Source of the DNA: Chitinophagales bacterium
Lineage (GTDB): Bacteria; Bacteroidota; Bacteroidia; Chitinophagales; LD1
Assembly: GCA_039811145.1 (NCBI GenBank)
Contig: JBDHYB010000013.1
Coordinates: 749-64,748 of the forward strand
DNA length: 64,000 nucleotides
Direction of reading: 5' to 3'
The notes beneath the pieces were generated by a model. That model was not told where the DNA came from. It made no database searches and saw nothing but the letters and a program-made list of their open reading frames with translations. Positions 37,600 to 46,862 of this stretch are shown here, in pieces. Made by a program: the position numbers and the translations under genes. How positions within the stretch are numbered: position 1 is the stretch's first letter; each line of letters starts with the position of its first letter.

Positions 37600-38744
37600 A
37601 AAGCCCAATCCACATAGCCCTGTTAAGCATACTGGTATTGGCGGCCTGCAATACAAAGCCTAAACCTGAAGCCACACCGCATTGCGTGGCCGAAGCCACT
37701 TTGCCGGTTAAGTATGCTAAGGGCTTTAGCGTTACTTACTACAACGGCTTTAAACTGATTTCGGTAAAGGATATTAAGGATACCTCCGCAGTGTTGGCGC
37801 GTTATGTTATGCTTCCTAAGGGTAAGCCTGCCCCGCTTGATTTTCCAAATGCAGTATTGCTGGATACCGTTACTCAAAGGATAATCTGTATAAGCACTAA
37901 CCACATAGCTGAAATGGCGGCGCTGGGTCTTGTAGATAGCATTGCAGGGGTGGCTAATGTTGAGTTGGTAAACAATGAACAGTTGCTAAAGGCTGTAAGC
38001 AATAACAGCATCAGCGATATTGGCAGCAATGAGTTGAACTATGAAAAAATGGCGACCCTGCGCCCTTCCTTTGTGTTTACCTATGGTATTTACGATGGGG
38101 GCGATAAGCTGCAGAATAAATTACGCAGCCTGCACCTTACCGCTGTTCTTAATATGGATTACATGGAACAGGAGCCACTTGCCCGTGCCGAGTGGATAAA
38201 GTTTGTAGCGGCATTTTATAACCGCGAGGCAGAGGCTGACAGTATTTTTAAAGGTATTGAAAGCCGGTATTTGGCGCTTAAGCAATTAGCTGATTCAGCT
38301 GAAAGCAAGCCTACGGCCTTTTGCAACCTGCCTTTTAAAGATGTTTGGTATATGCCCTGTGGGGAGAACTACATGGCCAGATTGTTGGCCGATGGAGGCG
38401 CTGATTTTTTGTGGAAAGATGCACCCGCCACCAATGGCTTAAATCTTAGTTTAGATTATGAAGCCGTGTTTGCCAAAGCGGCTAAGGCCGATTTTTGGTT
38501 AAATACCAACTTCTGCAAGTCGCTGCAGGAGATAAAGGATGTTGACCGCAAAAACATCTTCTTTAAAGCGTTTAAAACCGGGCAGGTTTACAATAACGAC
38601 AAACGCAATACAAAGGCCAATGGCTTCGATTTTTGGGAGAGCGGTGTCGTTAATCCGGATAAAATCCTGGCCGACCTCATTTACATCTTTCATCCTGACT
38701 TATTGCCGGGGCACCAACTATATTATTACAGGCAATTGAAATGA
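37596..38744 (+). CDS. ABC transporter periplasmic substrate-binding lipoprotein (BtuF/FhuD class)
   Basis: Has a lipobox (LAAC) and the RIICISTNHIAEMAALG motif of class III binding proteins. An ATGA overlap joins it to the previous gene. Confidence 0.8.
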   Translation: MKSPIHIALLSILVLAACNTKPKPEATPHCVAEATLPVKYAKGFSVTYYNGFKLISVKDIKDTSAVLARYVMLPKGKPAPLDFPNAVLLDTVTQRIICISTNHIAEMAALGLVDSIAGVANVELVNNEQLLKAVSNNSISDIGSNELNYEKMATLRPSFVFTYGIYDGGDKLQNKLRSLHLTAVLNMDYMEQEPLARAEWIKFVAAFYNREAEADSIFKGIESRYLALKQLADSAESKPTAFCNLPFKDVWYMPCGENYMARLLADGGADFLWKDAPATNGLNLSLDYEAVFAKAAKADFWLNTNFCKSLQEIKDVDRKNIFFKAFKTGQVYNNDKRNTKANGFDFWESGVVNPDKILADLIYIFHPDLLPGHQLYYYRQLK

Positions 38745-39763
38745 GCCAGCGCATTACCATATTTGCTTTGGGCCTTGTGCTTTTGGTAGTTTGCTTTTTA
38801 CTGCAAATCATATTCGGTTCAGTTAGTATTCCGTTTGCAGAGGTGATTCAGATTTTATGGCAGGGCAATGCCTATCCTAACGAGGTTTGGCGCACTATAG
38901 TATTGGATAGCCGTTTACCCGGCGCCCTTGCTGCTGTAGTTGCAGGCGCCGGTTTGGCCGTTAGTGGATTGCAGATGCAAACCATGTTCCGAAACCCTGT
39001 AGCCGGCCCTTTTGTTTTAGGCATAAGCGCGGGTGCCAGCCTTGGTGTAGCCATTCTAATACTGGCAGGTTCGGCAATGGGTATCTCAATGCAACAAGGC
39101 TGGGTAAGTAATTCGGGCATCATCATAGCCGCTGCCCTGGGGGCCTTCCTCATTTTCCTGCTTAACTTTTTTATCAGCTTCCGCATTAATGATGTGGTGG
39201 CTATCCTGATTATAGGCCTTATGATTGGCAGTGGCATTAGCGCCTTAATTGAAATCCTACAGTCCTTTTCATCAGGCTCTGCTTTAAAAAGCTATGTCAT
39301 ATGGACCTTCGGTAGTTTCCGCTATGTTAACTTAACCCAGGTGCAGTGGCTCTCGGTCATCGTAATGCTTTGCCTTGTATTCTCGTTCTCTCTCTCCAAG
39401 CCTTTAAACCTGCTGTTATTGGGCGATACTTATGCGCAAAGTTCGGGTTTAAACGTGCGTAATGCCAAACTGCTAATAGTTTTATGCACCAGTATACTGG
39501 CAGGCTGTATTACTGCCTTTTGCGGCCCTATTGGCTTTGTGGGGCTTGCAGTGCCGCATATGGCACGTGCGCTATTTAAAAGTGCCGATCATAAATTACT
39601 TACCCCGGCTTGTGCAGTTTTGGGGGCAACCATTTGTTGCATGTGTAATTTAATCGCAGGCTCACCCGGTACCGATTATGTGTTGCCTATAAACGCTGTT
39701 ACCTCTTTACTGGGCGCTCCATTTGTTATCTGGATAATCATAAAGCAACGAAAGACCGCATGA
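38741..39763 (+). CDS. FecCD-family ABC permease (BtuC-like)
   Basis: 340 aa, polytopic, with FecCD-type motifs (RNPVAGPFVLGISAGASLG, GPIGFVGLAVPH). Confidence 0.9.
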   Translation: MSQRITIFALGLVLLVVCFLLQIIFGSVSIPFAEVIQILWQGNAYPNEVWRTIVLDSRLPGALAAVVAGAGLAVSGLQMQTMFRNPVAGPFVLGISAGASLGVAILILAGSAMGISMQQGWVSNSGIIIAAALGAFLIFLLNFFISFRINDVVAILIIGLMIGSGISALIEILQSFSSGSALKSYVIWTFGSFRYVNLTQVQWLSVIVMLCLVFSFSLSKPLNLLLLGDTYAQSSGLNVRNAKLLIVLCTSILAGCITAFCGPIGFVGLAVPHMARALFKSADHKLLTPACAVLGATICCMCNLIAGSPGTDYVLPINAVTSLLGAPFVIWIIIKQRKTA

Positions 39764-40482
39764 GGCTGAGAGCAGACAATCTGGAGGTTGGTTACGGCGC
39801 TAAATCAGTGTTTGGTAATATCTCTTTCTCCGCCGTTGCGGGGGAAATGATTGCCTTGCTTGGCGTAAACGGTATTGGCAAATCAACCCTGCTTAAAACA
39901 TTGTCAGGCATTATCAATCAAAAGTCAGGCAGCCTGCTTGTAAACGGCAATCAACTTAGTAATCTTACCGTGCAACAGCGCGCGCAACAGTTAAGTGTGG
40001 TGCTAACTGAGAGACTTTGGCTGGATAATATGCTGGTAAAGGACTTTGTTGCCCTGGGACGGGCCCCTCATACCGGTGCCATGGGGTCATTAAGCGATGC
40101 CGATAATGCCATAGTAGATAAAGTAATTACTATAACCTATGCTTCGGCCATCGCCGGCAAATTTTTTAACGAGTTAAGTGATGGCGAGAAGCAAAAGGCT
40201 TTAGTAGCGCGAGCGCTCTGTCAGGATACACCCATCATTATTTTAGACGAACCAACTGCCTTTCTGGATTTTCGCAATAAGCATGAGGTTTTAACGCTGC
40301 TGAAAGAGATAAGCACTGCTGCCGATAAAACGGTAATACTTTCTACACATGATATTGATAGCAGCCTGGCATTTTGCAATAAATGCTGGATAATGACCGA
40401 AGAAAAACGGTTTATTGAAAAGGAAATAAAAGATGAACAGAGTAGGGAAGAAGTAAAGGCAATATTGTTTGCAGGCGCTTAA
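39760..40482 (+). CDS. ABC transporter ATP-binding protein (BtuD-like)
   Basis: Has Walker A (GVNGIGKST), the LSDGEKQ signature and Walker B (IIILDEPT). Confidence 0.9.
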   Translation: MRLRADNLEVGYGAKSVFGNISFSAVAGEMIALLGVNGIGKSTLLKTLSGIINQKSGSLLVNGNQLSNLTVQQRAQQLSVVLTERLWLDNMLVKDFVALGRAPHTGAMGSLSDADNAIVDKVITITYASAIAGKFFNELSDGEKQKALVARALCQDTPIIILDEPTAFLDFRNKHEVLTLLKEISTAADKTVILSTHDIDSSLAFCNKCWIMTEEKRFIEKEIKDEQSREEVKAILFAGA

Positions 40483-40961
40483 CCTACCATCTTCAATTCA
40501 TCATACACCTTTTCGATGTAATAGATTGATAGCTTATTGCGAACCTCAATTGATTTTTTTACTGAGGTAAAAAAATCAACCAGCTTTTTAAAGTCAGCGG
40601 GCTTTTGCATGTAGCCATCAGCACGCAGGCGGTAACACTCAATCATATCCCTCTTGTAATCGCTGTTGGTTACCATAATAACAGGCACATGTTCCATATC
40701 AGGATCGCCCTTTATTTTTTCCAACACTTCTTTGCCTGTAACCTTAGGCATATTAAGGTCCAGTAATATCAAATCAATTTTCCTGTTCAAAATTTTAGCG
40801 GTGTCTAAATACTCGCAGGCTTCTTCGCCGTCATAGGCATATTCCAACTCTACCATGTCCTGTAAGCCGGCTTCCTTTATGGCTTCCTGCATTAGTCTTA
40901 CTTCAGCAGGGTTGTCTTCAATTACAAATAGTTGGTACGGGTTGTTGCGATTAACTTCCAT
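40479..40961 (-). CDS. stand-alone response regulator (receiver domain only, Rcp-like)
   Basis: Has FVIEDNP, the phospho-acceptor context LILLDLNMP and KP at the end of beta-5. There is no output domain. The ATG at 40961 is preferred over the TTG at 40985. Confidence 0.85.
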   Translation of the reverse strand: MEVNRNNPYQLFVIEDNPAEVRLMQEAIKEAGLQDMVELEYAYDGEEACEYLDTAKILNRKIDLILLDLNMPKVTGKEVLEKIKGDPDMEHVPVIMVTNSDYKRDMIECYRLRADGYMQKPADFKKLVDFFTSVKKSIEVRNKLSIYYIEKVYDELKMVG

Positions 40962-41074
40962 TTTGGGTAATTGTTTACCCAACAAACGTACGAAGACGTT
41001 CGTGCCGCTTTCCGGAAGTTATGAATAGAGACTTGTGGGTAAGTGAATAGTAGTGAATTAAAAACTACACAACA

Positions 41075-42562
41075 CTAGTCGGTGCCTTCCTGCTTGTCGT
41101 CGTCGTTCACCTTCATCAGGGTCTTCGGACGGTAGCTTGGATTCTCAAGGTGCTTCACGTAGTCTTCTACCTGGTCGGCAGCTATCCTGCGTGCTTTAAT
41201 TACCTTATCCTTATCAAGTATATAAACCTGCGGTGTACTTTGTATATCCCACTCCCAACGGAAGTTGTTATGGCGTTTAGCATCGCAAACGTTTATCCAG
41301 TCAAGGTTATTCTTTTGGATAAACTCTTTCCAATCCTTGTAGTTATCAATATCCATTATAGCCGGCGAGTATACTTCTACATCAATACCGGCCTTTTTCA
41401 GGTTATGGTAGGCCTCTACCAGCACAGGTATCTCTTTTTTGCAGTGGCCACAATCCGGATCCCAGAAAGCTACAATGGTCCACTTATGGTTAACATCGTA
41501 AAGCGATTTCCACTCTGTTTCAGTGCTATCCGTCCAAAGTATTAAGCGCTGTGCTTTTTTCTCGCAAAGTACCGGCTCAAGGCGGTTAACGCGGTCGCAA
41601 ATTTTAAAGCGCTTGGCGGTGTCAATCCACGGTGTCATTTCATCTTTGCAGAAATACTTCTTGCCGAAGTAAACATACACCGCATCAAAGCACATTATTT
41701 TTGAGTTGGCGGCATCGTTAAAGATGTAGGTTAGTATATAGCGGTATAGCTCATTCTTCTTATCAGTTTTGGCGAGAAGTTCTTCGCCAGCAGCAATTAA
41801 AGAGTCTGGTTGTTGAACCACTGTTTGTGCCCAAAAACTCTTTAGCTTATTATGTAATACAGGGAAACGCAGCAAGCGCTCATCCTTTAAATCGTAGTTA
41901 TCCCAGTAGTGGGCTTTATACCAGCGCCACTGCCAGGTGCTGTCAATTACCTTATTATTAGCATCACGCGGAAAATCAGGCACGTCAAGGTCCTTCATTG
42001 CACGCAGCATTTTTGAGTAGAATAACTCCGGATGTTGCTCCATCACTGTTCCGCGCTCGGCTTTAACGTCCTTGTCAATCTTTTTCAGTTGCTCGGTCAG
42101 GCCTTCCTTCGTTTTTGCATCAGGGGCGGTTTTCAGCAATCTATTCAGCGAATCGGCTTTTTGCTTCATGTCGCCCAGATACTTCATATCAGCATAGAAG
42201 TAGTGGTTTTCATTAGAACCGGTAATTTTTAAATGGCCGGTTAAGTCATTGGTATCGGTTGCAAGAGTAAATGCAGGTTCAGTAGCAATAAATTCAAAAT
42301 AGCGGTTACCTAAAGCAGGGAATACTGATAGATAAACACCTCCGGGTAGTATAGTATCTGCCTTTAAAATTATAGTACCCTTGCTATCAAACTGGAAGGT
42401 GTCTTTTACGTACTGTTTGTCGCCAAAATAGTTGGCTAAAATCATTGAGGAGTTTTCAAGGCCCTTTACAGTTATCTTAATGTTTTGTCCCTTGGTGCTC
42501 TGGGCGTTAACCAAAGCTGAAAAGCTAAGGAGAATCAGAAGTGAGAAAAGTTTGTTCTTCAT
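41075..42562 (-). CDS. TlpA-like thioredoxin-fold thiol:disulfide oxidoreductase with a large N-terminal domain
   Basis: Has a signal peptide from the ATG at 42562 (MKNKLFSLLILLSFSALVNAQ) and the active site WDPDCGHCKKE. Confidence 0.8.
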   Translation of the reverse strand: MKNKLFSLLILLSFSALVNAQSTKGQNIKITVKGLENSSMILANYFGDKQYVKDTFQFDSKGTIILKADTILPGGVYLSVFPALGNRYFEFIATEPAFTLATDTNDLTGHLKITGSNENHYFYADMKYLGDMKQKADSLNRLLKTAPDAKTKEGLTEQLKKIDKDVKAERGTVMEQHPELFYSKMLRAMKDLDVPDFPRDANNKVIDSTWQWRWYKAHYWDNYDLKDERLLRFPVLHNKLKSFWAQTVVQQPDSLIAAGEELLAKTDKKNELYRYILTYIFNDAANSKIMCFDAVYVYFGKKYFCKDEMTPWIDTAKRFKICDRVNRLEPVLCEKKAQRLILWTDSTETEWKSLYDVNHKWTIVAFWDPDCGHCKKEIPVLVEAYHNLKKAGIDVEVYSPAIMDIDNYKDWKEFIQKNNLDWINVCDAKRHNNFRWEWDIQSTPQVYILDKDKVIKARRIAADQVEDYVKHLENPSYRPKTLMKVNDDDKQEGTD

Positions 42563-42700
42563 GAACAGGTCTTTTTGATATGCGTCAAAAATATTCGTTT
42601 GCAAATAAAAGACGATAAACGGCAATTTTATGTTGCAGTTAAAATTTCTTAACCAACCGAAAATCAAGCAGTTTTGTAGCCAGGACTAAAAGACTCAGCT

Positions 42701-42940
42701 ATGAAAGTTGTAATTATCACCCTCTTATGCGCCCTTGCATTGGGGGCCTTAAGCTCTTGTAAAAAATGTTATATCTGCCGCGATAGGGCCCTGCACAGTG
42801 TTTACGGGGTTGGATATAAGACCAAGGAACGCATTCGCATATGTTCCGATAAGATTAAAAACAATGATGAAATGGTAGTAGTGCGCGATTATTACGAAAG
42901 TATGGGCTACGATTGCGAACTGCTTACCAGCGGCATCTAA
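42701..42940 (+). CDS. small Cys-rich lipoprotein (79 aa), paralogue-like to 31774-32085
   Basis: Has a lipobox (LGALSSC) immediately followed by KKCYIC, and a C-terminal YYESMGYDC. Confidence 0.6.
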   Translation: MKVVIITLLCALALGALSSCKKCYICRDRALHSVYGVGYKTKERIRICSDKIKNNDEMVVVRDYYESMGYDCELLTSGI

Positions 42941-44196
42941 TAACCGTACTTTTCCTTCCAGTTTTTGCGAAGGCTAAGGCGTATTTCGTTTTCGCGCGGG
43001 TTATTGCCCGGGTCGTAAAGCTTTGTGCCTTTAATTTTGTCAGGCAATAACTCGGTGCTTACAAAATTGCCTTCAAAATCGTGCGCGTATTTATAATCCT
43101 TACCGTAATTCAGGTCCTTCATCAATTTGGTAGGGGCATTACGAATATTGAGCGGTATGGGTAAATCGCCGGTTTCGGCCACTAGCCTTTTAGCATTGCC
43201 TATAGCTACATAGCTGGCGTTGCTTTTGGCAGAGGTAGCCAGGTATATAGCGGTTTGCGAAAGTATAAGGTCACATTCCGGGTAGCCAATCATGGTTACT
43301 GCCTGAAAGCAGGAGGCGGCCAGCAGCAGGGCATTGGGGTTGGCATTGCCTATATCTTCGCTGGCTAAAATCAACATACGCCGCGCAATAAACTTGGGGT
43401 CTTCGCCGCCGGCAATCATACGGGCCAGATAGTATAGGGCGGCATTAGGGTCGCTGCCCCGCATAGATTTTATAAAGGCCGAAATGATGTCATAATGCTG
43501 CTCGCCACTTTTGTCGTAAATGGCCATTTTCTGCTGTATAACCTGTTCAACCTGTTTGTTGGTTATAGTTAAAGGCTCCTCGGTTAAAGTATTAGCCACC
43601 AACTCCAGCACGTTCAGCAGTTTGCGGGCATCTCCGCCTGAGTATTTTAGCAGAGCCTCGGTTTCATTTACCTCAATTTTGCGGGTAGAAAGTATTTCAT
43701 CTGTTGCAAGCGCTTGTTTGATCAGCTTTTCAAGGTCTTCGCGCTCTAACGGCTTAAGTATATAAACCTGGCAGCGACTAAGCAGGGCCGATATAACTTC
43801 AAAAGAGGGATTCTCAGTAGTAGCGCCAATCAATATAATAGTGCCGCGCTCCACCGCACCTAAAAGCGCATCCTGCTGGGCTTTATTAAAGCGGTGTATC
43901 TCATCAATAAACAGTATGGCTTTGCCAATCTCTCCGGCCTCCTCAATTACTTTTCGCACTTCCTTTACGCCGGAGTCTATTGCGCTGAGCTGAAAAAACG
44001 GAAGCCTTATTTGCTCGGCAATAAAGCGGGCTAAACTGGTTTTACCAACCCCGGGAGGACCCCAAAAAATCATAGAGGGTATGGTGCCTGCCTCAATAAG
44101 TTTGCGCAATACTTTACCCTCGCCAATCAGGTGCTGCTGGCCAACAAATTCAGCTATGGTTTTTGGGCGAACCCGTTCGGGCAAAGGAGGTAACAT
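42937..44196 (-). CDS. rarA: replication-associated recombination protein A (AAA+ ATPase)
   Basis: Has Walker A (GPPGVGKTS), Walker B (LFIDEIHRF) and a MgsA C-terminal domain ([23 protein letters not shown]). Confidence 0.93.
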   Translation of the reverse strand: MLPPLPERVRPKTIAEFVGQQHLIGEGKVLRKLIEAGTIPSMIFWGPPGVGKTSLARFIAEQIRLPFFQLSAIDSGVKEVRKVIEEAGEIGKAILFIDEIHRFNKAQQDALLGAVERGTIILIGATTENPSFEVISALLSRCQVYILKPLEREDLEKLIKQALATDEILSTRKIEVNETEALLKYSGGDARKLLNVLELVANTLTEEPLTITNKQVEQVIQQKMAIYDKSGEQHYDIISAFIKSMRGSDPNAALYYLARMIAGGEDPKFIARRMLILASEDIGNANPNALLLAASCFQAVTMIGYPECDLILSQTAIYLATSAKSNASYVAIGNAKRLVAETGDLPIPLNIRNAPTKLMKDLNYGKDYKYAHDFEGNFVSTELLPDKIKGTKLYDPGNNPRENEIRLSLRKNWKEKYGY

Positions 44197-44266
44197 ACAA
44201 TCTCATTCTAATCAACTAACAAATTAAAAGGCATGCAGCAGTCAGAATGTTCCTTCCCTAAAAGGG

Positions 44267-45019
44267 TTAAAACAAACCGAACAGCTCGGCGCTAACCTTG
44301 TTTATTATCTCGGCTTTTGCCTCATCGTCTTCGGCAAAGTTTACCTGGTCTACATCAATAACCAGTAGTCGGCCTTCTTTGTACGAACCAATCCACTTTT
44401 CGTAGTATTCGTTCAAACGGCGCAGGTAATCAAGGCGCAGGTTGTCTTCATAATCCCTGCCGCGCTTTTGTATCTGGTTTACCAGGGTGGGTACGCTTGC
44501 CTTCAGATAAATTAATAAATCAGGCGGGCGGATAAGGGATGATATGGTTTCAAACAGGCGGGTGTAGTTTTCAAAATCGCGGGTGCTCATCAGGCCCATT
44601 GCATGCAGGTTAGGCGCAAATATCATGGCATCCTCATGTATGGTGCGGTCCTGTATTACCACCTCTTCGCCTTTCTGTATTTCTACAATCTGGCGGAAAC
44701 GCGAGTTAAGGAAATACACCTGCAGGTTAAACGACCAACGGGGCATATCCTCATAAAAATCGTTCAGGTACGGGTTGTTCTCCACATCTTCAAAGTGCGG
44801 CAACCATCCAAAGTGTTTTGATAGAATTTTGGTAAGGGTTGTTTTACCGGCACCAATATTACCGGCAATGGCAATGTGCTTAATATTCTTTTGAGGCTTA
44901 ACAGCCGGCTTTGCCTTTTGGCTCACAGCTTCAACCGCCTTTACCGGTTCCGCTTTCTTCTTCTTCGGCTCCGGCTTTTTAGGGGCGGGCTTCTTCTTAG
45001 CTGCTGGTTTTTTAGCCAT
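44267..45019 (-). CDS. deoxynucleoside kinase with a Lys/Ala/Pro-rich N-terminal tail
   Basis: Has the P-loop GNIGAGKTT plus DRTIHED and RGRDYE motifs. The first 45 aa or so are KKPAAKKKPAPKKPEPKKKK-like. Confidence 0.85.
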   Translation of the reverse strand: MAKKPAAKKKPAPKKPEPKKKKAEPVKAVEAVSQKAKPAVKPQKNIKHIAIAGNIGAGKTTLTKILSKHFGWLPHFEDVENNPYLNDFYEDMPRWSFNLQVYFLNSRFRQIVEIQKGEEVVIQDRTIHEDAMIFAPNLHAMGLMSTRDFENYTRLFETISSLIRPPDLLIYLKASVPTLVNQIQKRGRDYEDNLRLDYLRRLNEYYEKWIGSYKEGRLLVIDVDQVNFAEDDEAKAEIINKVSAELFGLF

Positions 45020-45292
45020 AGTATCGTTCGTTTTGCGCCGGGAGTTACATCAAAGCATAATAACGCTTGTAATAGTTAACCGTGCCCGTTTCGTTTCTTA
45101 GTGTGTTGGTCGAAAATAAAAATTGTTTCTCTCTCAAAAACTTTTTTTCCGGCTAATAATTCAGCCGGTTAAAGATTCTGTTTCCCATTTTTACCGCAAA
45201 TGGCCATCAAAGGCGTATTAGTGTGCCCGGTTCCAACCGGCTTGTTTGCCTATTATTTGCTTTATTTGCGGCACGCGAAAATAGTTTTTTGG

Positions 45293-45583
45293 ATGAAGAT
45301 AGATAATGCTTTAGTAGAACGCCTTGCTTTACTCAGCAAACTGCAGTTTGATGAGAAGGAAACAGAACGTATAAAAAAGGACCTTCAGGGCATTTTAAAC
45401 CTGGTTGAAAAGCTGGGCGAGGTAAATGTTGATGGCGTGGAACCCCTTATTTATATGACCGAGGAGCAGAACGTTTTGCGAAAAGACGTAGTGGAAGGTA
45501 TGGTAAGCAAGGAGGAAGCCCTGTCAAACGCCCCGTTAAAGGACAGCGACTATTTTAAAGTACCGAAAGTGATAAAGAAATAG
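45293..45583 (+). CDS. gatC: Asp/Glu-tRNA amidotransferase subunit C
   Basis: 96 aa from the ATG at 45293 ([19 protein letters not shown]...LRKDVV). The ORF-track start at 45200 adds a hydrophobic, non-GatC extension. Confidence 0.88.
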   Translation: MKIDNALVERLALLSKLQFDEKETERIKKDLQGILNLVEKLGEVNVDGVEPLIYMTEEQNVLRKDVVEGMVSKEEALSNAPLKDSDYFKVPKVIKK

Positions 45584-45585
45584 TT

Positions 45586-46299
45586 GTGGCAAACAATTCT
45601 GTAATCAGCATTCAGCATATAAGCAAGCGTTACGTAATGGGCAGCCAGGTAATTATGGCCTTGCGCGATGTATCGCTTAATATCAACAAAAACGAGTATG
45701 TAGCTTTAATGGGCCCTTCGGGTTCAGGTAAATCTACGCTTATGAATATTTTGGGCTGTCTTGATAGCCCTACTGATGGAAGTTATATCTTAAACGGCCA
45801 GGAAGTAAGTAAGATGAGTGATGATGAACTGGCCCGTGTGCGTAACCAGGAGATTGGCTTTATCTTTCAGACGTTTAACCTGCTGCCTCGCCTTAGTGCA
45901 TTGGAGAATGTGGCATTACCCATGATTTATGCCGGCATGAGCAAATCAGAAAGAACACAACGTGCTGAAGCCGTAATGGAAATGGTAAGCCTGAAGGACC
46001 GCATGCACCATAAGCCTAACGAACTTTCAGGTGGCCAGCGCCAGCGTGTGGCTATTGCCCGGGCATTGGTAAATAACCCTTCTATTATTTTGGCCGATGA
46101 GCCCACCGGTAACCTCGATACCAAAACTTCTTACGAAATCATGAATATTTTCGAGGAAATAAACAACAAAGGCAACACTGTAATTGTTGTTACACACGAG
46201 GAAGACATTGCCAAGCACGCCAAACGCATATTAAGGCTGCGCGATGGCAGGGTTGAAACCGATAATCCGAATGTGCCCGTAAAGGCCTTTGCAGTTTAA
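45586..46299 (+). CDS. ABC transporter ATP-binding protein (MacB/LolD-type), GTG start
   Basis: Has Walker A (GPSGSGKST), LSGGQRQR and [11 protein letters not shown]. Confidence 0.9.
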   Translation: MANNSVISIQHISKRYVMGSQVIMALRDVSLNINKNEYVALMGPSGSGKSTLMNILGCLDSPTDGSYILNGQEVSKMSDDELARVRNQEIGFIFQTFNLLPRLSALENVALPMIYAGMSKSERTQRAEAVMEMVSLKDRMHHKPNELSGGQRQRVAIARALVNNPSIILADEPTGNLDTKTSYEIMNIFEEINNKGNTVIVVTHEEDIAKHAKRILRLRDGRVETDNPNVPVKAFAV

Positions 46300-46307
46300 T
46301 ACACAGT

Positions 46308-46862
46308 ATGAAAATTTATACCAAAACCGGCGACGTAGGCGAAACATCTTTGTTTGGCGGCCGACGGGTTTTAAAAAGTGAATTGCGCATTGAATCGTAC
46401 GGAACAGTTGATGAACTGAACAGTTGGATTGGCTTATTGCGCGATGTGCAAACGAAAGAAGAATATAAGGCCCTGCTAAAAGATATACAGGACCGCCTGT
46501 TTACCTTAGGTTCTACCCTGGCTGCGGACCCCCAAAATGAAAAACTAAAAGTGCCTGACCTGCACGAAAGCGACGTAGAAATACTTGAGCAGAAAATGGA
46601 TGAGATGGAAGTGGGTTTAGAGCCATTGCGCAGCTTTATTTTACCTGGTGGCCACCAGCACGTTTCTTATTGCCATATTGCCCGAACCGTTTGCCGAAGG
46701 GCCGAACGTTTATGTGTTGCCCTGCACCATGCAGAGGCTATTCACCCTTTAATAGTAAAATACCTCAACCGCTTATCCGACTTTCTGTTTATGCTTTGCC
46801 GCCGTATGGCTAAAGACCTTGGCGTGGAGGAAGTAAAATGGGAACCCCGCAAAAACGCCTGA
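46308..46862 (+). CDS. PduO-type ATP:cob(I)alamin adenosyltransferase
   Basis: The opening MKIYTKTGDVGETSLFGG...YGTVDELNSWIG is typical of the family. Confidence 0.9.
   Translation: MKIYTKTGDVGETSLFGGRRVLKSELRIESYGTVDELNSWIGLLRDVQTKEEYKALLKDIQDRLFTLGSTLAADPQNEKLKVPDLHESDVEILEQKMDEMEVGLEPLRSFILPGGHQHVSYCHIARTVCRRAERLCVALHHAEAIHPLIVKYLNRLSDFLFMLCRRMAKDLGVEEVKWEPRKNA

Noticed and set aside
38872-39237. 121-aa minus-strand ORF inside the FecCD permease gene
   Set aside because: It is an Arg/Pro/Ala-rich shadow frame of a GC-rich membrane gene. The permease frame carries the family motifs.
45149-45168. Hairpin CCGGCT-aataattc-AGCCGG in the dNK/gatC divergent intergenic region, considered as an sRNA terminator
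   Set aside because: It has only a 6-bp stem, no T-tract on either strand and no upstream gene to terminate. That is insufficient evidence.
45200-45292. N-terminal extensions proposed by the ORF track for gatC (also 12729-12782, 32086-32130, 40962-40985, 42563-42667, 50493-50588, 50756-50776, 57787-57873)
   Set aside because: The extensions start at TTG/GTG or overlap an upstream gene, and they precede an obvious signal peptide or conserved N-terminus with its own ATG. Downstream starts were adopted.
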